DNA of 64,000 bases from an uncultured Acidobacteriota bacterium (lineage in GTDB: Bacteria > Acidobacteriota > Vicinamibacteria > Vicinamibacterales > CAVVIG01), in the NCBI GenBank assembly GCA_963757355.1, contig CAVWRG010000003.1, forward strand, positions 2,465,550-2,529,549, given 5' to 3'. Below the pieces are notes generated by a model. It saw only the letters and a program-made list of their open reading frames with translations. It was not told the origin of the DNA and did no database searches. Position 1 is the stretch's first letter; each line of letters opens with the position of its first letter. Of this stretch, positions 20,853 to 28,691 are shown piece by piece. The translations under genes and the position numbers were made by a program.

Positions 20853-22736
20853 ATGCGACTAGGCATAAAAGGCAAGCAGGTCATCGGCGTCACGTCGATC
20901 GTCGGCGTGGTTGTCGTCGTGTTGAGCCTGGTGCACCTGGCCAACCTGGCGCGCGTGAGCCTCGAAGAGAGCCGCGCGCGCGCGGAGCTGCTTGCGTATT
21001 CGATTTACCACCGCGCCGCCGCGGTCGTGGGCGACAACGGCGATCCGTACAAGGCGCTGCGCGAAGATCCGGGCCTGCGCTCGATCCTCGAATCCAGCCT
21101 GTACTCGAAGAACGTGACCTTCGCCGCGATCGTGGACGCCAACGGCGTCGCCGTCGTGCACGCCGATCCCGCCTACGAGGGGCACGTACTGCTGACCGAA
21201 GATCTGCTCAGCACGCTGCTGGCCAAACGTGCGTTCGAGGAGCTGGTGGCCATCTATTCAGGGCAGGGGCGCAACCTCGAGTTCCGGCAGCCGCTGCTCC
21301 TCGGCAACACGGAATTCGGCTCGATCCGCATCGGCGTCTCGACGCTCCTCATCCGCCAGGATCTCGATCTCTCGCTGCGCCCCGCCGTCGCGACCGCGTT
21401 TGCCGCCCTCGCGGTCGCCGTCATTGTCGCGATGCTGCTCGCACAGCTGCTCCTGCGGCCGATTCACGTGATCCGCAGCGGGTTGACGCGCTTGGGACGC
21501 GGCGAGCTCGACGTGCGCGTCGATCTCGATCAGTCGGACGAATTCGGCGAGCTCGGCACCTTCTTCAACGCCGTCACGGCGCAGCTGTCGGCCGACCGAT
21601 CGCAGATGGCCGGGCAGGTTGCGAACCTCGAGTCGGCGGTCGAGCACCTCGAGGACGCCCTGGCCATCGTCAGCCCCCGAGGCGAGCTGCTGTTTGCGAA
21701 TCCCGCCATGCGGGTGCTGCTGCCGAAGGCGGCGCCAGGCATCGTGCTGAGCCAGCTTGTGCCCGTTGATCACCCGGTGGTGCGGCTGTCCGAGCAGACT
21801 TTGATGACCTGCCAGTCGCGTGGTCCGCTGTCGGCCACGTTCGCCGACGTGAGGGGCGGCGGCGAATCGGGCGAGCGGCTCATCATGACGCACGCGGTCA
21901 ACGATGCGAAAGGTCAGCTCGTCGCGGTCATGATCATTGCGCGCAATCTGGAGTACCTGAGCCAGGTACAGTCGACGATTCGCTACTCGCGCAAGCTCGC
22001 TGCGCTTGGGCGCCTGTCGGCCGGCGTCGCGCACGAGGTGAAGAACCCGCTGAACGCGATGATGATTCACCTGGAGCTGCTCCGGCAGCAGTTCGCCCCG
22101 AGCCCGGCTCGCGCGGGCGCAGGCCGGGCAGGAGCCGGCCGCGCGGCGGGAGCCGTCGCGGTGAGCGGCGCGCCCGTGGCGCCAGGCGTCGACCCGGCCG
22201 ATGCCATTCAGCACGTGGACGTCATCGCCGGCGAGATCCGCCGGCTCGACGAAGTCGTGCAGGGCTTCCTGAGGTTTTCCCGTCCGGAAGATCTCCGGCT
22301 GCAGCCGGTTCGCTTAGAATCGCTGCTCGACGAGATCGTGCCGATCGTGCGCCCAGAGGCGGAACGGCTGGGCGTCGATTTGCGCGTCGAATGCAACGCG
22401 CCCGACGTCAACGGCGATCCCGCGATGCTGCGGCAGGCCTTCCTCAACCTCGCGCTGAACGGGTGTCAGGCGATGCCCAACGGCGGCACGCTGAGCGTGC
22501 ACTGCGAAGCGGCGAGCGGGCACCGCGTATCGGTGTCGTTCGTGGACACGGGCGTCGGCATCAAGCCGGAGCACCTGCAGCGGATCTTCGATCTGTACTA
22601 CACGACGAAGGACAAAGGCAGCGGCATCGGACTGTCGATGGTCTACCGGACGGTGCAGATGCACGACGGCGAGATTGAAGTACAGTCGACTCCAGGCGTG
22701 GGGACGACGTTTCGCGTGCTGCTCCCTCAGGCGTGA
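20853..22736 (+). CDS. Sensor histidine kinase (TM-sensor, HAMP, PAS, HisKA, HATPase_c)
   Basis: ATG 20853 gives MRLGIKGKQVIGVTSIVGVVVVVLSL. H-box LSAGVAHEVKNPLN, N/G boxes ...NLALNGCQAM...DTGVGI...GSGIGLS. Confidence 0.9.
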   Translation: MRLGIKGKQVIGVTSIVGVVVVVLSLVHLANLARVSLEESRARAELLAYSIYHRAAAVVGDNGDPYKALREDPGLRSILESSLYSKNVTFAAIVDANGVAVVHADPAYEGHVLLTEDLLSTLLAKRAFEELVAIYSGQGRNLEFRQPLLLGNTEFGSIRIGVSTLLIRQDLDLSLRPAVATAFAALAVAVIVAMLLAQLLLRPIHVIRSGLTRLGRGELDVRVDLDQSDEFGELGTFFNAVTAQLSADRSQMAGQVANLESAVEHLEDALAIVSPRGELLFANPAMRVLLPKAAPGIVLSQLVPVDHPVVRLSEQTLMTCQSRGPLSATFADVRGGGESGERLIMTHAVNDAKGQLVAVMIIARNLEYLSQVQSTIRYSRKLAALGRLSAGVAHEVKNPLNAMMIHLELLRQQFAPSPARAGAGRAGAGRAAGAVAVSGAPVAPGVDPADAIQHVDVIAGEIRRLDEVVQGFLRFSRPEDLRLQPVRLESLLDEIVPIVRPEAERLGVDLRVECNAPDVNGDPAMLRQAFLNLALNGCQAMPNGGTLSVHCEAASGHRVSVSFVDTGVGIKPEHLQRIFDLYYTTKDKGSGIGLSMVYRTVQMHDGEIEVQSTPGVGTTFRVLLPQA

Positions 22737-22799
22737 GCGACCGTCGAAAGGCGCCGAGATGAAAAAGTTGGCAGTGAGACCTACAAAGTAAGAAGTTCC

Positions 22800-23414
22800 A
22801 TGAAAGCCCTGCTGACGTTCGTTCCTGCTCCGTCGCGCCGTGCCGTCTGGCCGCTGGTGGCGGTCTGCAGCCTTTTGCCGCTCTCCGGCTGCACGCGCGC
22901 GCATGCGAAGGTCGCGCCCGATCAGCCGGCGCTGGAAATGCCCGAGCCGCCGCCGCGGGACGTCGAGCCGATGGACGCGGAAATGCCGGCGCCGATGCCT
23001 TTGCCCGGGGAGCCTGCGCACACGACGCCGTCGCGCACGCGGCCGACGCAGCGCGCCGAACCGGCCAAGCCTGAACCAAAGCCGGATACGCCCAAGATCG
23101 ACGTGCCCGCCGAGGCGCCCAAACCGCCTGAGGAGCCGTCACGGCCGGTCACGCCGCCGACGACTCTCCAGACGACACCGGCAGCCGCCGAGGGTGAGGT
23201 CGAGCGCTCGATTCGCGCGACCGTGTCGCGGGCGCTCGGCGATCTGAACCGGATTGATTACCAGCGGTTGAACACCGACGCGCGCAATCAATACGACACG
23301 GCGAAGGGCTGGGCGCAGAAGGCGCAAGATGCCATGCGCGCGAAGAACCTGCTCTTTGCGAAGACGCTGGCAGACAAAGCGGCCGACCTCGCGGCTCAGC
23401 TGGCCGGCAGGTAG
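22800..23414 (+). CDS. Proline-rich lipoprotein, unknown function
   Basis: Signal/lipobox ...VAVCSLLPLSG|C. A Pro-rich middle is followed by a helical C-terminal ...NQYDTAKGWAQKAQDAMRAKNLLFAKTLADKAADLAAQLAGR. Confidence 0.55.
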   Translation: MKALLTFVPAPSRRAVWPLVAVCSLLPLSGCTRAHAKVAPDQPALEMPEPPPRDVEPMDAEMPAPMPLPGEPAHTTPSRTRPTQRAEPAKPEPKPDTPKIDVPAEAPKPPEEPSRPVTPPTTLQTTPAAAEGEVERSIRATVSRALGDLNRIDYQRLNTDARNQYDTAKGWAQKAQDAMRAKNLLFAKTLADKAADLAAQLAGR

Positions 23415-23510
23415 TAGTTTTCTACCCACACCAGAGCGATTCCTTTCACATCCCCGCTGTAAAAGCCCAGAGATCCGGGCCAATCGGGCCCGAGTTCATT
23501 CGGCAGCCAG

Positions 23511-23526
23511 TGGCACCGCGCTTGCT
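23511..23526 (+). promoter_or_regulatory. Sigma-54 promoter (TGGCAC-CGCGC-TTGCT)
   Basis: Exact match to the TGGCAC-N5-TTGCW core with correct -24/-12 spacing. It is the only such perfect core I could find by eye in the window, and it lies 97 nt downstream of the lipoprotein gene of the NtrC operon. Confidence 0.5.
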
Positions 23527-23536
23527 CCTTTATCTG

Positions 23537-23635
23537 TTGACTTCGTTCTTTTCGCACCCTGCGGAAAGACAAACAACCTACCCCCTACACTGCCTGTGCA
23601 CCAGGGGAGGCCGCCGAAAGGCGGGCCTCCCACCT
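23537..23635 (+). ncRNA. Candidate sigma-54-dependent small RNA (~100 nt)
   Basis: The predicted start is ~12 nt after the -12 GC. The C-rich stretch AACAACCTACCCCCTACAC is followed by a strong stem-loop GGGAGGCCGCC-GAAA-GGCGGGCCTCCC (23605-23631). There is no convincing ORF and no U-tail, so the 3' end is uncertain. Confidence 0.3.
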
Positions 23636-23653
23636 GCCCCTCTAGCGATCGGG

Positions 23654-23803
23654 CAATTGGTAAATTGGTGAGTTGATAAATTGCTAAAAGCTAAAAGATG
23701 GGGCGATTTTGCGTCCGTAGCCAAATTGCGATCGAATCAGTTTCGACAGCTCGTCAGCATTCCCGGCATTCACCAACTTACCAACTCACCAACTCACCAA
23801 CTC
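23654..23803. repeat. Inverted octamer arrays, TTGGTGAG family, with ~70-nt central loop
   Basis: Left arm CAATTGGTAAATTGGTGAGTTGATAAATTGCTAAAAGCTAAAAG (23654-23697). Right arm ATTCACCAACTTACCAACTCACCAACTCACCAACTC (23768-23803). Confidence 0.8.
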
Positions 23804-23852
23804 TCTTTGTTTTGCACAGATGTCAACATCTTGCGACTGCCCTAAAAGAAAG

Positions 23853-23868
23853 GCACAATATGTGGTGT
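23853..23868. promoter_or_regulatory. Possible NrdR box (GCACAATATGTGGTGT)
   Basis: About 13/16 match to my recollection of the NrdR-box consensus acaCwAtATaTwGtgt, 8 nt upstream of a -35 hexamer in front of nrdJ. No convincing second box at the usual spacing. Confidence 0.3.
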
Positions 23869-23876
23869 TTACACGC

Positions 23877-23905
23877 TTGACAAACCGGCTGGCTGGCCTC
23901 ATATT
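23877..23905 (+). promoter_or_regulatory. Sigma-70-type promoter candidate for nrdJ (TTGACA-17-CATATT)
   Basis: TTGACA at 23877-23882 and CATATT at 23900-23905 with a 17-nt spacer. It would give a ~155-nt leader to ATG 24065. Confidence 0.35.
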
Positions 23906-24064
23906 GGTCCGCCGAAACAGAACGGGGTGAGCGAGCCGGGATCTCCCAGCTTCGGGCTCGATCGCCAGGATTTTTCACGCGCTGATCGGTCACGGGCTTA
24001 TCCAATACAGCTTCGACGGTCGTTTCCGGGGGCCGGAACGCGATCGCCCATCGGTGGAGGGAAC

Positions 24065-26950
24065 ATGAAAGAAGGCGCTGCCTACCAAGCCGCGAGTGCC
24101 GGCCAGCAGACGGTAGAAAGCAGTGGAGCACCGGCTGTGTCGCATGCCGACGCGCTGCTGGAAAAAGACAAACCGCGCGCGACGAGCTCGGAGCGCTCGG
24201 AGCCTGCCGACGGGCGCGCGAAGAAAGCCGCCGCGGCTCCCGGTTTGGCGTTCCCTCGCTTCTTCACCGAGGCCGGCGTGGATCCGTTCGACGAAGTCGA
24301 ATGGGACCTGCGCGCCGCCGTGATTGGCAACGACCGTGGCGAACTGGTGTTCGAGCAGCGCGATGTCGAGATTCCGAGAACCTGGTCCCAGCAGGCGACC
24401 AACATCGTCGTCTCGAAATATTTTCGCGGACAGATCGGTACGCCCGAGCGGGAGCGCAGTGTCAAGCAGCTGATCGGCCGCGTGGTGACGACGATCACCG
24501 AGTGGGCCCGGTCGAACAAATATTTTGCCGCCGAGGAGGATCTGCAGGCGTTCAGCGACGACCTGAAGCACATCCTCGTCTACCAGAAGGCGGCGTTCAA
24601 CAGCCCCGTCTGGTTCAATTGCGGTTTCGAGAAGGCGCCGCAGTGTTCCGCGTGCTTCATCAATTCGGTGCAGGACACGATGGACTCGATCCTGACGCTG
24701 GCGCGCACGGAGGGGATGCTCTTCAAATTCGGCTCGGGCACGGGCACGAATCTGTCGCCGATTCGGTCGTCGAAGGAGCTGCTGGCCGGCGGCGGCACGG
24801 CGTCGGGTCCCGTGTCGTTCATGAAGGGCTACGACGCGTTCGCCGGTGTGATCAAGTCGGGCGGCAAGACGCGGCGCGCCGCGAAGATGGTCATCCTGAA
24901 CGCCGACCATCCCGATATCGTCGAGTTCGTCAACTGCAAGGTCGAGGAAGAGAAGAAGGCGTGGGCGCTGATCGACGCCGGCTACGACGGCTCGTTCACC
25001 GGGCCGGCGTACGCCTCGGTGTTCTTCCAGAATTCGAACAACAGCGTGCGCGTGCCCGACGACTTCATGCGGGCGGTGCTCGACGACAGCACGTGGGACA
25101 CCCATGCGGTGCGCGACGGCGCGGTGCTCGATACGTATCAGGCGCGCGACCTGATGCGGCTCATCGCCGAGGGGACGCACGTCTGCGGCGATCCCGGCAT
25201 GCAGTTCGATACGACGATCAACGAGTGGCACACGTGTCCGGAGACCGACCGCATCCACGCGAGCAATCCGTGCTCCGAGTACATGTTCCTGAACGACTCG
25301 GCATGCAATCTCGCGTCGATCAACCTGATGAAGTTCGTGAAAGAGGACGGCGAGTTCGACACGGTGGCCTATAAGGCCGCGATCCGCACGCTCATCACGG
25401 CGCAGGAGATCATCGTCGACAAGGCGAGCTATCCGAGTGACGCGATCGGGAAGAACAGCCACGCGTACCGGCCGCTCGGGCTCGGCTATGCGAACCTCGG
25501 CGCGCTGCTGATGTCGCGCGGTCTGCCGTACGACAGCGACGCCGGACGCGACTACGCGGCGGCGCTGACGGCGCTGATGACCGGCGAAGCCTACGCCCAG
25601 TCGGCGCGGATCGCGCGCGATCACGGCGGGCCGTTCTCCGGCTACGACAAGAACCGCGAGCCGTTCCTGCGCGTGATGCGCAAGCACCGCGACGCGATGC
25701 GCGACGTCAACGGCCGCAACGTACCGTCGGATCTCTATCACACGGCGAAGGCGTCGTGGGACGATGCGGTGGAGCTGGGCGAAGCGTTCGGCTACCGCAA
25801 CGCGCAGGCGACCGTGCTGGCGCCGACCGGCACGATCGGCTTCATGATGGACTGCGATACGACGGGCGTCGAGCCCGACATCGCGCTGGTGAAGTACAAG
25901 AAGCTGGTCGGCGGCGGCCTGATGAAGATCGTCAACCAGACGGTGCCGATGGCGCTGCAGAAGCTGGGCTACACGCAACCGCAGATCGAGGCGATCATCG
26001 ACTACATCGACAAGCACGAGACGATCGAAGGCGCGCCGGCCCTGAAGGAATCGCACCTGCCGGTGTTCGACTGCGCATTCAAGGCGGCCAAAGGACACCG
26101 GTCGATCCACTACATGGGGCACATCAAGATGATGGGCGCCACGCAGCCGTTCATCTCGGGCGCGATCAGCAAGACGGTCAACGTCCCGAAGGACGCGACG
26201 GTCGAGGACATCACGCAGGCCTACATCCAGTCGTGGAAGATGGGTGCGAAGGCGATCTCGATCTACCGCGACGGCAGCAAGCGCACGCAACCGCTGAACA
26301 CCTCGAAGGACAAGACCGCCGCGGAACTGGCGCAGGCGGCCGCCGCCGCGCTCATCACGCAGCCGACGCGGCACAAGCTGCCCGACGAGCGTCATGCGCT
26401 GACGCACAAGTTCGACATCCAGGGACACGAGGGCTACATCACCGTCGGCCTCTTCGAGAACGGCCAGCCGGGCGAGATCTTCCTGGTGATGGCGAAGGAA
26501 GGCTCGACGATCTCGGGCTTCGCCGACGCGTTCGCCCAGGCGATCTCCTACGCGCTGCAGTACGGCGTGCCGCTCCAGGCGCTGGTGGACAAGTTCAGCC
26601 ACGTCCGCTTCGAGCCGTCGGGCATGACGCGCAATCCGGAGATCCGGTTCGCGAAGTCGATCGTCGACTACATCTTCCGGTGGATGGCGTCGAAGTTCCT
26701 GTCGCCCGAGGCGCAGTTCCACGCGGGCGTCAACGGTCGCGAGCTGGACGACAACGGCCACGCACCGGCTGCCGCCGAACGGGCGCCGGCGGCGCCAGCG
26801 GTTGCACCGGCCGGAGCGGCGGCGGGGCAGTACTCGACGATTCAGAATCAAGAAGACGCGCCGCCGTGCTCCACGTGCGGCTCGATCATGATCCGCAGCG
26901 GTGCCTGCTACAAGTGCAGCAACTGCGGCAATACGTCGGGCTGCGCTTAG
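24065..26950 (+). CDS. nrdJ: Vitamin B12-dependent ribonucleotide reductase (class II)
   Basis: GGAGGG RBS plus ATG 24065. Motifs are ...VSKYFRG..., NSPVWFNCG, SNPCSEY, the TGTIGFMMDCDTTGVEPD region, ISKTVN, and a C-terminal Cys cluster CSTCGS...CYKCSNCGNTSGC. Confidence 0.95.
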   Translation: MKEGAAYQAASAGQQTVESSGAPAVSHADALLEKDKPRATSSERSEPADGRAKKAAAAPGLAFPRFFTEAGVDPFDEVEWDLRAAVIGNDRGELVFEQRDVEIPRTWSQQATNIVVSKYFRGQIGTPERERSVKQLIGRVVTTITEWARSNKYFAAEEDLQAFSDDLKHILVYQKAAFNSPVWFNCGFEKAPQCSACFINSVQDTMDSILTLARTEGMLFKFGSGTGTNLSPIRSSKELLAGGGTASGPVSFMKGYDAFAGVIKSGGKTRRAAKMVILNADHPDIVEFVNCKVEEEKKAWALIDAGYDGSFTGPAYASVFFQNSNNSVRVPDDFMRAVLDDSTWDTHAVRDGAVLDTYQARDLMRLIAEGTHVCGDPGMQFDTTINEWHTCPETDRIHASNPCSEYMFLNDSACNLASINLMKFVKEDGEFDTVAYKAAIRTLITAQEIIVDKASYPSDAIGKNSHAYRPLGLGYANLGALLMSRGLPYDSDAGRDYAAALTALMTGEAYAQSARIARDHGGPFSGYDKNREPFLRVMRKHRDAMRDVNGRNVPSDLYHTAKASWDDAVELGEAFGYRNAQATVLAPTGTIGFMMDCDTTGVEPDIALVKYKKLVGGGLMKIVNQTVPMALQKLGYTQPQIEAIIDYIDKHETIEGAPALKESHLPVFDCAFKAAKGHRSIHYMGHIKMMGATQPFISGAISKTVNVPKDATVEDITQAYIQSWKMGAKAISIYRDGSKRTQPLNTSKDKTAAELAQAAAAALITQPTRHKLPDERHALTHKFDIQGHEGYITVGLFENGQPGEIFLVMAKEGSTISGFADAFAQAISYALQYGVPLQALVDKFSHVRFEPSGMTRNPEIRFAKSIVDYIFRWMASKFLSPEAQFHAGVNGRELDDNGHAPAAAERAPAAPAVAPAGAAAGQYSTIQNQEDAPPCSTCGSIMIRSGACYKCSNCGNTSGCA

Positions 26951-27100
26951 GGAACTCGGGACGGGATTTGGGATTTGGGATTAGGGATTCGATTGGGATT
27001 CGGGGTTCGCGATTCGGCGGAACCCCAAATTCCAAACCCAGATCGCAATTCCCAAATCGCGAATCACAACGCGAGTCCCAAATCCCGAATCCCGAATCCC
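26951..27100. repeat. Large inverted heptamer/octamer hairpin, GGGATTC/GGGATTT family (~150 bp)
   Basis: Left arm GGGATTTGGGATTTGGGATTAGGGATTCGATTGGGATTCGGGGTTCGCGATTCGG. Right arm CCCCAAATTCCAAACCC...GTCCCAAATCCCGAATCCCGAATCCC. It starts 1 nt after the nrdJ stop. Confidence 0.85.
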
Positions 27101-27117
27101 ATCAGGTGTTCCAGAAA

Positions 27118-27261
27118 GTGGTCGTCTCGCCTCCGAAAGTGTGCCCGCGCTGCGACGTCGCCGACCTTGAAGCGTTCGGGCCCCTCCGATCGTCGCTGAT
27201 GTGGTTCCGCTGCAGGAATTGCAATCATGTGTGGGCGGTAAAACCCAGCTCGGACCAGTAA
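27118..27261 (+). CDS. Possible small zinc-ribbon protein (~47 aa)
   Basis: VVVSPPKVCPRCDVADLEAFGPLRSSLMWFRCRNCNHVWAVKPSSDQ has CxxC...CxxC. The GTG start is uncertain (27106 or 27118). It is the in-frame tail of a spurious long track ORF. Confidence 0.35.
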   Translation: MVVSPPKVCPRCDVADLEAFGPLRSSLMWFRCRNCNHVWAVKPSSDQ

Positions 27262-27262
27262 C

Positions 27263-27385
27263 GTGCTCGCCACGCTGTTCATCGTGCTGCTCGTTGCCGG
27301 TATCTTCGCCTTCGATATCGGACGCCGCTGGTGGCGGCAGAACGAATGGAAGCGTCGCTGGCGCAACCCGCCGCCCGAGGACTGA
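27263..27385 (+). CDS. Possible 40-aa single-pass membrane peptide
   Basis: A GTG 1 nt after the preceding stop gives VLATLFIVLLVAGIFAFDIGRRWWRQNEWKRRWRNPPPED. It has one TM helix plus an Arg/Trp-rich tail and GC3-rich codons. It falls below the track length cutoff. Confidence 0.35.
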   Translation: MLATLFIVLLVAGIFAFDIGRRWWRQNEWKRRWRNPPPED

Positions 27386-27470
27386 GGCCACCGCACGGGC
27401 ACGTTGCATCATCATCACGCTCTCCTGCACTGAGGACACGGAGGAACAAACCTGCTTCGCGGGATTAACC

Positions 27471-27515
27471 TGGCGTCCTTGGCGTCCTTGGCGTCCTTTG
27501 TATCCTTTGTGTTTT
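27471..27515. repeat. Tandem 9-mer array (TGGCGTCCT x3, then TTGTATCCT, TTGTGTTTT)
   Basis: Direct reading of the sequence. A short partially complementary GAGGACACGGAGGA lies at 27431-27447. Confidence 0.8.
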
Positions 27516-27584
27516 ACCTAGTTGTCAGTCGGCGCAGACGTGTCGTACAGTCACCGGCCGCGGGTCTTTCACCAAGGAGTGTCC

Positions 27585-28163
27585 ATGAAGCGTGTCATCT
27601 GTCTCGTCTCAGGTCTGGTCCTCGCGGTCGCCGTCGCGTCGGCCCAGCAGCCGCCGGCGGCCGGCCAGAAAATCGGCCCCGCTGCGAGCCTGCAACGCAG
27701 CTACGCCGGCATCAAGATGAATCTCACGCAGAACGCGGAGAAAATGCCGGAGGCCGACTACGGCTTCAAGCCGGGATCGATGCCGGAAGTGCGCACGTTC
27801 GGCGCGCTGTTCATGCACGTCGCCAACGCCCAGTACGGCCAGTGCGCCGCCGTCAAGGGCGTGCCGAATCCGAACCAGGGCATCGATCTCGAGAAAACGA
27901 AAACCACCAAAGCCGACGTCGTCAAGGCGCTCGCCGATTCGTTTGCGTTCTGCGACGATGCGCTGTCGTCGACAACCGACGAGAATGCGAATCAGTACAT
28001 CACGCAGGGCCGCAACGAAGTGACGCGCGGCGCCGCGCTGTTCGGTCTCATCGCGCACGACAACGAGATGTTCGGCACGTCGAACGTCTATCTCCGCTCG
28101 AAGGGGATTGTTCCGGCGTCCACCGAACGCCAGATGCAGGGCCGCGGCCGCGGCAACCAGTAA
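27585..28163 (+). CDS. DinB-family (DinB_2-like) protein, secreted
   Basis: ATG 27585 gives MKRVICLVSGLVLAVAVASAQQ (signal). Then ...FGALFMHVANAQYGQCA... and ...LFGLIAHDNEMFG..., histidine-containing four-helix-bundle motifs of the DinB superfamily. Confidence 0.75.
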   Translation: MKRVICLVSGLVLAVAVASAQQPPAAGQKIGPAASLQRSYAGIKMNLTQNAEKMPEADYGFKPGSMPEVRTFGALFMHVANAQYGQCAAVKGVPNPNQGIDLEKTKTTKADVVKALADSFAFCDDALSSTTDENANQYITQGRNEVTRGAALFGLIAHDNEMFGTSNVYLRSKGIVPASTERQMQGRGRGNQ

Positions 28164-28222
28164 GCCGCCCGCCAGTCAGCGATCCGGCGCCCCCTTCTGT
28201 CCAAGGCTCGCCCACGAAACGG

Positions 28223-28269
28223 AGGGGGGCGTCGATCCCTGATCCCCGATCCCTGATCCACGCCCCCCT
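28223..28269 (+). terminator. Stem-loop after the DinB-family gene (AGGGGGGCG ... CGCCCCCCT)
   Basis: A perfect 9-bp GC stem encloses a 29-nt loop made of GATCCCT/GATCCCC heptamers and is followed by TT. Confidence 0.4.
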
Positions 28270-28272
28270 TCA

Positions 28273-28302
28273 TTGACATCTACGAAGGCCATCGTAGATA
28301 AT
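28273..28302 (+). promoter_or_regulatory. Promoter with embedded BlaI-type operator (TTGACA ... ATCTACGA-N6-TCGTAGAT ... GATAAT)
   Basis: -35 TTGACA at 28273-28278 and -10 TAGATA/GATAAT at 28295-28302. A perfect 8-bp dyad ATCTACGA/TCGTAGAT (28278-28299) fills the spacer. The blaI ATG is at 28311. Confidence 0.5.
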
Positions 28303-28310
28303 GACCGGCG

Positions 28311-28691
28311 ATGAAACCCGCCCGCCGAAAACCGACCGACGCGGAGCTCGGAATCCTGAATGTGTTGTGGATGCGCGGGCCAAGCACTGTGCGGCAGGTG
28401 GCCGAAGCGCTGGGGCGCGAAGCCGGCTACACGACGGTGCTGAAGCTCCTCCAGATCATGACGGAGAAGCAGCTCGTCGTTCGCGACGAGACCGCGCGAA
28501 CGCACATTTATCAAGCTGCGTTCACCGAGGATCAGACGCAGCGCCAGCTCGTCTCGGATCTGCTCGACCGCGCATTCGGCGGGTCGGCAGCCAAGCTCGT
28601 GCTGCAGGCGCTCGCATCAAACAAGGCGTCGCCCGAAGAGCTCGCGGAAATCCGGAAGCTGCTGGACAAACAACGCGGAGGCGCACGATGA
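28311..28691 (+). CDS. BlaI/MecI/CopY family transcriptional repressor
   Basis: MKPARRKPTDAELGILNVLWMRGPSTVRQVAEAL...YTTVLKLLQIMTEKQLV is the winged-helix pattern of the family. ATGA overlap with the downstream M56 gene. Confidence 0.9.
   Translation: MKPARRKPTDAELGILNVLWMRGPSTVRQVAEALGREAGYTTVLKLLQIMTEKQLVVRDETARTHIYQAAFTEDQTQRQLVSDLLDRAFGGSAAKLVLQALASNKASPEELAEIRKLLDKQRGGAR

Noticed and set aside
23906-24064. Cobalamin riboswitch in the nrdJ leader.
   Set aside because: I could not find a B12-box-like GCCACTG core or the usual conserved GGTG...CC helices by eye. A B12-dependent RNR is also not the usual target of such a riboswitch. A covariance-model scan would settle it.
26951-27100. Tandem short-repeat arrays as possible CRISPR arrays.
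   Set aside because: The period is only 7-9 nt with no unique spacers, the units are degenerate, and no cas genes are present. The arrays form inverted arms instead of direct repeat-spacer units.
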